Shown piece after piece: positions 54,937 to 64,000 of a stretch of DNA of 64,000 bases. The stretch spans positions 1 to 64,000 of the forward strand of contig CDRNVI010000091.1 of assembly GCA_977017575.1 (NCBI GenBank), read 5' to 3'. The notes under the pieces were generated by a model that saw only the letters and a list, made by a program, of their open reading frames with translations, was not told where the DNA came from and searched no databases. A program made the translations under genes and the position numbers. The DNA comes from Paramoeba atlantica. Taxonomy: Eukaryota; Protista; Discosea. Positions within the stretch are counted from its first letter, which is position 1. The number at the start of each line of letters is the position of its first letter.

Positions 54937-56040
54937 TCAACCTGGGTCACGTTCTGTCCGTTTCGGCCAATCACGGTCTTGCGTGATAGTGTAGGCTATG
55001 GCTCCAAGGGTGAGCTCAACTTCATCGTTTCCTACTAAAGGAACTGGCGTAGTAGCCATGCTTCCAATATTGTAGACTGTTCGAATTGCCGCTATCTGTG
55101 TTTCCATAGAAGATGTGCAATTGTATGTGAACACTCGTCGTTTAGTCAGACATACCATGGCGAGAGTATCGCCATTGCCTTTGACGTAAACGACGTTATG
55201 TCCATCATGATATCTCTGAATAGAGCATCTTTTATCTCCATCGTTTTGGAGGATTTCATCACAAACAATGTGTGAATTGATGAGAATATTCTCAATCAGT
55301 TGAAAAGATGTGAGCGTTAGCGTGGAGCATTGCTTCACACGTTCCAGCTCATCATCCTGTGATATTGCATGAACTCTGTTACGCTCAGCTTGTGTGATTC
55401 GAAGTCGGAAAGCCCGAGCTTCAGTATGCCGCGGATGACGGTAAAAATGCTTTTGAAGCCCCTTAAACGTGAACATTTGTTCGGTAGCGCACAAAGTGCA
55501 CTTGAACTTGTTCTGTTCGCAGGGGAGGGCAAATTCGATCCAGTCGACTTTTGTTTGAACATAACGTGTATGCTCGCTTGATAACAAATGGTATTCATCT
55601 GCTGGGATAATACCCGTTGTTCCCCGAATCTGTGCGAAATACGCACATACTTCGCACACAGGAACATTCGTATCAGTCGGGGGCACCTGTGAAGGGTGTC
55701 CCATACTGAGTATGTGTCGCATCATAGATTTGACACTTTGCTTACGTATGGCGTGGGGTGCACATACATACATTCAGCACGATCCAATGGAGAAACTTAC
55801 GTGAAGCTCCCGTTTAGGATGCAGATACGCCATTTCCCGATGTTTCAGAGAATTCGCGTGAGTCGTATCCACCATGACTGGCGGAAATTCTTGCAAGATA
55901 GCAAAGTAATTACAAGGAATGCATAAATGCATTCCTTGGCAATGTTGTGTTACATGCTTGGTCATAGCCTCTTTTTCAAGAGGTGTTTCGGAACACCCAG
56001 GCAGTCTTCCTTCTTCTTCTTTTTCTTCTTCTTCTTCAAA
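54937..56040 (-). pseudogene. zinc-finger-repeat N-terminal region of a Helitron-like ORF
   Basis: MTKHVTQH..GMHLCIPCNYF...HANSLKH; CEVCAYF...HLLSSEH; FKCTLC...LQKHFYRH. One internal stop at 55774-76. Confidence 0.55.
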
Positions 56041-56045
56041 GCTAG

Positions 56046-56990
56046 ACTTTTCCCGGTTCCGGGGCCACCGAGCAGAAACATACATTTCCGCTCGGGGTCT
56101 AGTTTTCCGTTAAATCTTCAATTTGATTTACGCACTGTTTCTGTGCTTGATTCAGTTCAATAGAACTGTTGTCTTCGCGCAATACGTAGCTGCGATCGAA
56201 CGTAATCTCTTCGTATTGATTACTGCGAGCCATTGGACGATCCTCATTAAAATGAGCTCTGTCCACCGGTGCACTTGGCTCAGATTGAGCCGAAGTTGCA
56301 AGTCGTTCGTTTTGAATCATTTCAGCATAGCGCTCTCCCGAATTTATGACTGAAATATTGGACCTCGTCCTTGTCATTGCCGATGCAAGATCAACATTTC
56401 CTTCAGAGGAGTTCTCAGTAGAACCTCCTAACGCGGCCGTTAAAGTTCGCATTTGTAGTTCGTAGTGTGCATTCTGCTGAACCAATCGCTCTTCATTGAC
56501 CACTGCAGTGTTCTGCTGTGCTTCAAGAGCATCTTGAAGATGGGGTTCAACCCCATCTTCAAGCTCATTCTCGCACTCCAAGCTCATTTTCGTACGCAAT
56601 GTTGCGTGCTAATCTTGTTTCTTCCAGAGTGCAAGCACCTTTGCGTCGAAACAAATTTGCCGCGTTCTCTGTATTCTTCGAAGCATTTTCAAACCCTTCT
56701 AGGGTCATTTCATGGCTCGGTGAGCCTTCCTTCCATGGGGAAAGCAATACCACCATGTGTTTCGCTACTCGAAGCTGGCTTCGAGCTCGTGCCCCAGGTT
56801 CTTTTGAAGAACTCAATATGGGAAAACCTGGTATAGCTGGCGCAGTGTGCAAAGAGCGCAACTGTTGTTCAACAATATCTCCAGGCTCAAATTCCGGGAG
56901 GCCTTCAATGTTCTCAAAGGCGTATCTCCCATTAGCACGACGTCCGCGACGACGTCTTCGATTTGTCCCGCACTCAAAATCTGAATCATG
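56046..56990 (-). pseudogene. Helitron linker and start of Pif1 helicase, frameshifted and truncated
   Basis: VVLLSPWK, ELNQAQKQCV, then Walker A MFLLGGPGTGKS (GGPGTGKS at 56046-56069) in a shifted frame. Confidence 0.7.
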
Positions 56991-57299
56991 ATCCGGCTCT
57001 TCTTGAGCTAGTTCAGCTCTTTACTTATTTACGCTGACAATGCCTGGGGTCCAGGTGGGGGGTCCAGTCATGGTCGAGCAAATTTTTTCGAAAAAATTAG
57101 TTTTCGAAAAAAAACCGCAGAAGGGGTAGCCGGGGTCTTGGCGCGCATTTTCCACCCCCCTACCCGGGGGTGACCCCCCCGCGTATCCGCAGGACGGGTC
57201 CGCCGTCCTAGAGGAATATCACTAGAGGTATCGGGCAGAACATTTCCTTAAATTACTTTTACTGATGTTATGGCATGTTCGGCCCTCTTATTGGGTATG

Positions 57300-57661
57300 T
57301 TGATTGGGGTGTTCTTATTGGTTCTTATTGGTTGGGGTGTTCTTATCGGATGTTCCTTTCTAAGTGTCCTGATCTCTGAACTCCTGAGAAGGCCTTCGAA
57401 ACCCAGTTTCACTGCTCCCGCGTAGGTTCCCCTTCTTTGTTCCACGCATGTGAGAAGTAACTCCCGCAATTTCTGACCAAAAATCGGGACTCGTGTTCCT
57501 GCTTCTTCTGAGTTGGTATTATGCTTGCTCTTTGTGATGCATTTCACGCGTCGCTCGCATTCACTGATGAGCCCTCGGAACGCAATTCTGAATTTACTAT
57601 CCTGAGTCCACCGGCAAATCCATTTCGGACTCCGGCAAATCCAGAGTTTGTCGGTGAACAA
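57300..57661 (-). pseudogene. tyrosine-recombinase fragment (DIRS/VIPER/TATE/Crypton-like)
   Basis: RVPIFGQKLRELL...LGFEGLLRSSEIRTL resembles YR box I with the catalytic Arg. Confidence 0.5.
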
Positions 57662-58009
57662 GGGCCGATCTCACCTTTTCAAGTCTGTAGGGACTATAGT
57701 GCTCAGCAATAATTGCCAGTACATCAATAAACCTAGACATTGTGATTTCAGATACGTGTTCTATGCTAAGTCCCTAGTAGAAACTAATTTTTTCGAAAAA
57801 ATTTGCTCGACCATGTCCCCCACCCCTGGACCCCCCCCCTGGACCCCCCATTTTTTTCAATTTTTTTTTTCAGTTTTGGAGCACCGGAGCCCCCTTTTAT
57901 ATTTTTTTCTTCTATTATATTACTGTGTTCCCCTTTATATTTTCACTGTTTTTGTTCACTTTTTTTTCAATAATCGAGTGTAGAGCGGTAGTTTTACAAC
58001 CACCGCAAT

Positions 58010-58268
58010 TTAAGCTTCTTTAGTATCCCTCTTCGCTCAACAAAGGTGAGAAAGAATCCGCTGTGTCTTGTGCCTTCTATAAGGTCACATTCCAAATCGC
58101 CGTATCGCTCCCGATTGTTAACAATATTCGGTCGCTCCTCAATGTCGGTGTGGTTCGGAATACCGGTACGGTTGGTTCCCCGACGGCGACGTTGACCACG
58201 TCTTCCTCCACGGTGCAGACAACTCTCCAAGTTCCCATGTTGACCATCATCCCGCTTGATAAACCCGT
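58010..58268 (-). pseudogene. IS30-family transposase fragment (linker plus first catalytic Asp)
   Basis: YGFIKRD..GNLESCLHR...IPNHTDIEERPNIVNNRERYGDLECDLIEG...LTFVER matches the IS30 pattern IxERPxxVxxRxxxGxWExDxIxG...TLVER. Confidence 0.8.
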
Positions 58269-58382
58269 ATTGCGGTGGTTGTAAAACTACCGCTCTACCC
58301 TCGATTATTGCGGTGGTTGTAAAACTACCGCTTTACCCTCGATTATTGCGATGGTTGTAAAACTACCGCGCTACCCTCGATC
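58269..58382 (+). repeat. 38-bp tandem triplet containing a mini-hairpin
   Basis: ATTGCGGTGGTTGTAAAACTACCGCTCTACCCTCGATT x3. Confidence 0.85.
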
Positions 58383-59374
58383 ATTGAAAAAAAGTGAACA
58401 AAAATAGTGAAACTATAAAGAGGAACACAGTAATATAATAGAAGACAAAAATATAAAAGGGGGCTCCGGTGGTTCGAAACTGAAAAAAAAAATTGAAAAA
58501 AATGGGGGGTCCATGGGGGGGGTCCAGGGGGGGGGTCCAGGGGGGGGTACAGGGGGGGGGGTCCAGGGGGGGGGGGTCCAGGGGGAGGGGTCATGGTCGA
58601 GCAAATTTTTTCGAAAAATTTAGTTTTCGAAAAAAAACCGCAGAAAGGGTAGCCGGGGTCTTGGCGCGCATTTTCCACCCCCCTACCCGGGGGTGACCCC
58701 CCCGCGTATCCGCAGGACGGGTCCGCCAAGTTCGGATTTTTTCGGAAAAAAAAATTTAACTTGGCGAAAAAAATAGCAAAAAAAATGTTTTTCCAAAATC
58801 GTTTCCCCTATTGTATTTTGATAGTTTGGAACCTACACTAGCTTTCTACGCAGTTGTTTTCGCAAGATATCCCTTCTTCGAGCCGTGGTGCGCCCCTCAA
58901 AATGACCCATTTTTGACTAAAAAAGGTGAAAAGTATTTTTCAGACCTAAAGGGGCATTTTTGTGTCGAAAGAATGGTATGGTTGGAGTCGCATTCTCTAC
59001 CCAATACGTTCGGTAGGCTCCCATTCATGCCTACGAGAGATTTCCCACGCGCAAATGTCGGATTTAGTGCTCTGACAGCAAAAATACCCAAAAATGACCC
59101 CATTTTTACCCGAAATTCCGCTATTTTTGGCTATAATCTTTCCGTTTTCCAGGCTAAATTTTCTTTTTTAGGCTCTTCGTTAAACGCGGCGGTAGTTTTC
59201 AACGCGAAGCGCGCAGCATGAGTGACTTCTCAGTTGAAAACAACCACCGCGTTTAACGAAGAGCCTAAAAAAGAAAATTGCGGTGGTTGTAAAACTACCG
59301 CTCTACCCTCGATTATTGAAAAAAAAGTGAACAAAAACAGTGAAAATATAGAGAGGAACACAGTAATATAATAG

Positions 59375-62300
59375 ACTCGATCTTTACAAAAAACTCGATC
59401 TTTACAAAAAACTCGATCTTTACAAAAAACTCGATCTTTACAAGACATTCGATCTTTACAAAACACTCGATCTTTGCTAAAAACTCGATCTTTACAAAAA
59501 ACTCGATCTTTACTAAAAATTCGATCTTTACAAAACACTCGATCTTTACAACAAACTCGATCTTTACAAAACACTCGATCTTTACAAAAAGGTCGATCTT
59601 TACAAAAAACTCGATCTTTACAAAAAACTCGATCTTTACAAAACACTCGATCTTTACAAAAAACTCGATCTTTACAAAAAGGTCGATCTTTACTAAAAAC
59701 TCGATATTTACGAAACACTCGATCTTTACAAAACACTCGATCTTTACAAAAAACTCGATCTTTGCTAAAAACTCGATCTTTACAAAATACTCGATCTTTA
59801 CAAAAAGGTCGATCTTTACTAAAAACTCGATATTTACGAAACACTCGATCTTTACAAAACACTCGATCTTTACAAACAACTCGATCTTTACAAAACACTC
59901 GATCTTTACAAAAAACTCGATCTTTACAAAAAACTCGATCTTTACAAAACACTCGATCTTTACAAAAAACTCGATCTTTACAAAAAGGTCGATCTTTACT
60001 AAAAACTCGATATTTACGAAACACTCGATCTTTACAAAACACTCGATCTTTACAAAAAGGTCGATCTTTACTAAAAACTCGATATTTACGAAACACTCGA
60101 TCTTTACAAAACACTCGATCTTTACAAAATACTCGATCTTTACAAAAAACTCGATCTTTACAAAACACTCGATCTTTACAAAAAACTCGATCTTTACAAA
60201 AAGGTCGATCTTTACTAAAAACTCGATATTTACGAAACACTCGATCTTTACAAAACACTCGATCTTTACAAACAACTCGATCTTTACAAAACACTCGATC
60301 TTTACAAAAAACTCGATCTTTACAAAAAACTCGATCTTTACAAAACACTCGATCTTTACAAAAAGGTCGATCTTTACTAAAAACTCGATATTTACGAAAC
60401 ACTCGATCTTTACAAAACACTCGATCTTTACAAAATACTCGATCTTTACAAAAAACTCGATCTTTACAAAACACTCGATCTTTACAAAAAACTCGATCTT
60501 TACAAAAAGGTCGATCTTTACTAAAAACTCGATATTTACGAAACACTCGATCTTTACAAAACACTCGATCTTTACAAACAACTCGATCTTTACAAAACAC
60601 TCGATCTTTACAAAAACCTCGATCTTTACAAAACACTCGATCTTTACAAAAAACTCGATCTTTACAAAAAGGTCGATCTTTACTAAAAACTCGATCTTTA
60701 CAAAAAGGTCGATCTTTACTAAAAACTCGATCTTTACAAAAAGGTCGATCTTTACTAAAAACTCGATCTTTACAAAAAATTCGATCTTTACAAAACACTC
60801 GATCTTTACAAAATACTCGATCTTTACAAAAAACTCGATCTTTACAAAACACTCGATCTTTACAAAAAACTCGATCTTTACAAAAAGGTCGATCTTTACT
60901 AAAAACTCGATATTTACGAAACACTCGATCTTTACAAAACACTCGATCTTTACAAACAACTCGATCTTTACAAAACACTCGATCTTTACAAAAACCTCGA
61001 TCTTTACAAAAAACTAGATCTTTACAACAAACTCGATCTTTACAAAAAACTCGATCTTTACAAAAAACTCGATATTTACGAAACACTCGATATTTACAAA
61101 TGATTCGATCTTTACAAAAAAACTCGATATTTACGAAACACTCGATATTTACAAAATATTCGATCTTTACAAAAAACTCGATCTTTACAAGACACTCGAT
61201 CTTTGCTAAAAACTCGATCTTTACAAAAAACTCGATCTTTACAAAAAACTCGATCTTTGCTAAAAACTCGATCTTTACAAAAAACTCGATCTTTACAAGA
61301 CACTCGATCTTTGCTAAAAACTCGATCTTTACAAAAAACTCGATCTTTACAAGACACTCGATCTTTACAAAACACTCGATCTTTGCTAAAAACTCGATCT
61401 TTACAAAAAACTCGATCTTTACAAAAAACTCGATCTTTACAAAAAACTGGATCTTTACAAAACACTCGATCTTTACTAAAAACTCGATCTTTACAAAAAG
61501 GTCGATCTTTACTAAAAACTCGATCTTTACAAAAAACTCGATCTTTACAAAACACTCGATCTTTACAAAAACCATGATCTTTACAAAAAATTCGATCTTT
61601 ACAAAACACTCGATCTTTACAAAATACTCGATCTTTACAAAAAACTCGATCTTTACAAAACACTCGATCTTTACAAAAAACTCGATCTTTACAAAAAGGT
61701 CGATCTTTACTAAAAACTCGATATTTACGAAACACTCGATCTTTACAAAACACTCGATCTTTACAAACAACTCGATCTTTACAAAACACTCGATCTTTAC
61801 AAAAACCTCGATCTTTACAAAAAACTAGATCTTTACAACAAACTCGATCTTTACAAAAAACTCGATCTTTACAAAAAACTCGATATTTACGAAACACTCG
61901 ATATTTACAAATGATTCGATCTTTACAAAAAAACTCGATATTTACGAAACACTCGATATTTACAAAATATTCGATCTTTACAAAAAACTCGATCTTTACA
62001 AGACACTCGATCTTTGCTAAAAACTCGATCTTTACAAAAAACTCGATCTTTACAAAAAACTCGATCTTTGCTAAAAACTCGATCTTTACAAAAAACTCGA
62101 TCTTTACAAGACACTCGATCTTTGCTAAAAACTCGATCTTTACAAAAAACTCGATCTTTACAAGACACTCGATCTTTACAAAACACTCCCTCTTTGCTAA
62201 AAACTCGATCTTTGCTAAAAACTCGATCTTTACAAAAAGGTCGATCTTTACAAAAAACTCGATCTTTACAAAAAACTCGATCTTTACAAAAAACTCGATC

Positions 62301-63698
62301 TTTACAAAACACTCGATCTTTACAAAAAACTCGATCTTTACAAAAAGGTCGATCTTTACTAAAAACTCGATATTTACGAAACACTCGATCTTTACAAAAC
62401 ACTCGATCTTTACAAAAAACTCGATCTTTGCTAAAAACTCGATCTTTACAAAAAATTCGATCTTTACAAAACACTCGATCTTTACAAAATACTCGATCTT
62501 TACAAAAAACTCGATCTTTACAAACAACTCGATCTTTACAAAAAACTCGATCTTTACAAAAAGGTCGATCTTTACTAAAAACTCGATATTTACGAAACAC
62601 TCGATCTTTACAAAACACTCGATCTTTACAAACAACTCGATCTTTACAAAACACTCGATCTTTACAAAAAACTCGATCTTTACAAAAAACTCGATCTTTA
62701 CAAAACACTCGATCTTTACAAAAAACTCGATCTTTACAAAAAGGTCGATCTTTACTAAAAACTCGATATTTACGAAACACTCGATCTTTACAAAACACTC
62801 GATCTTTACAAAATACTCGATCTTTACAAAAAACTCGATCTTTACAAAACACTCGATCTTTACAAAAAACTCGATCTTTACAAAAAGGTCGATCTTTACT
62901 AAAAACTCGATATTTACGAAACACTCGATCTTTACAAAACACTCGATCTTTACAAACAACTCGATCTTTACAAAACACTCGATCTTTACAAAAACCTCGA
63001 TCTTTACAAAACACTCGATCTTTACAAAAAACTCGATCTTTACAAAAAGGTCGATCTTTACTAAAAACTCGATCTTTACAAAAAGGTCGATCTTTACTAA
63101 AAACTCGATATTTACGAAACACTCGATCTTTACAAAACACTCGATCTTTACAAACAACTCGATCTTTACAAAACACTCGATCTTTACAAAAACCTCGATC
63201 TTTACAAAAAACTCGATATTTACAAGAGATTCGAGCTTTACAAAAAACTAGATCTTTACAACAAACTCGATCTTTACAAAAAACTCGATCTTTACAAAAA
63301 ACTCGATATTTACGAAACACTCGATATTTACAAATGATTCGATCTTTACAAAAAAACTCGATATTTACGAAACACTCGATATTTACAAAATATTCGATCT
63401 TTACAAAAAACTCGATCTTTACAAGACACTCGATCTTTGCTAAAAACTCGATCTTTACAAAAAACTCGATCTTTACAAGACACTCGATCTTTGCTAAAAA
63501 CTCGATCTTTACAAAAAACTCGATCTTTACAAGACACTCGATCTTTGCTAAAAACTCGATCTTTACAAAAAACTCGATCTTTACAAGACACTCGATCTTT
63601 GCTAAAAACTCGATCTTTACAAAAAACTCGATCTTTACAAGACACTCGATCTTTGCTAAAAACTCGATCTTTACAAAAAACTCGATCTTTACAAAAAA
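59375..63698. repeat. 18-bp satellite, ~240 units, consensus ACTCGATCTTTACAAAA(A/C)
   Basis: Continuous tandem array with recurrent variants and higher-order duplications. Confidence 0.97.
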
Positions 63699-64000
63699 GT
63701 TTGCGCCAAAAAAAGTAAAAATATTATTTTTTCAAAATCGACTCCTAAAATGTATTTCGAGAGTTTGGGACCTCAGCTACCATTCTACGACGTTTTTTAC
63801 GAAAGATTGGCTTCCTACCACTAGTGGTAAGGCATCAAAAACGGCCCAAATTCGGTTAAAAGTTCGCAATTTGTGCCGAAAAATCGCGCTTTGTCACCCA
63901 AAAGAATAAATTTAGAATATTTATGATCTTTTGGCGAAGTCATTCATGCTGCGCGCTTCGCGTTGAAAACTACGACCGTGTTTAACGAAGAGCCTAAAAT
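63699..64000 (-). repeat. inverted copy of the foldback left arm plus half cruciform
   Basis: 63700-63937 is an approximate reverse complement of 50890-51115, followed by loop AGTCATTCATGC and arm GTTGAAAACTAC...GAAGAGCCTAAAA. Confidence 0.75.

Larger units (their letters stand above)
57050..59374. repeat. partial and rearranged copies of the 50776-52146 foldback element
   Basis: 57050-57205 (core plus inner IR), 57783-58009 (inverted core), 58345-59277 (core, right arm, cruciform), 59278-59374 (core start). Confidence 0.8.

Noticed and set aside
59375-63698. CRISPR array
   Set aside because: Head-to-tail monomers with no unique spacers and no cas genes.
59230-63909. Long ORFs (446-846 aa) on both strands
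   Set aside because: They are by-products of the 18-bp satellite (six codons per unit, few stops) and have no protein-like features.
1-64000. tRNA, rRNA or snoRNA genes
   Set aside because: No cloverleaf, rRNA-conserved block or convincing box C/D pair was recognised by eye; a tRNAscan or Infernal run is needed to exclude them.

Overview
Intron-less eukaryotic DNA, most likely a kinetoplastid. A Perkinsela-like lineage is an inference from the one-strand gene cluster, a spliced-leader motif, a KREPA-like OB-fold gene, Fe-SOD, the LRR family style and Merlin. From 1 to ~48 kb there is one + strand gene cluster: PFKFB, UTP14, PEX19-like, Fe-SOD, RBBP6/Mpe1-like, KLHDC4-like, a YVH1-type zinc domain, large helical-repeat and WD40/coiled-coil proteins. 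It is interleaved with nine short LRR paralogues and with DNA transposons: a Tc1/mariner derivative, an IS30-like element, an apparently intact pogo, and a Merlin with an 8-bp TSD. From ~48 to 64 kb there is no recognisable host gene, only Helitron fragments, a tyrosine-recombinase fragment, a second IS30-like fragment, a family of cruciform-capped foldback repeats and a 4.3-kb 18-bp satellite. Most notable: (1) recurring C-rich to G-rich strand-asymmetry flips inside coding sequences that override codon usage; (2) a 600-bp insert that begins with a spliced-leader 3' segment and interrupts an LRR gene in frame; (3) bacterial-type IS30 transposase relics in two places; (4) a hairpin-capped foldback element linked to the satellite. 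All protein calls are motif recognition by eye; no database search was run.
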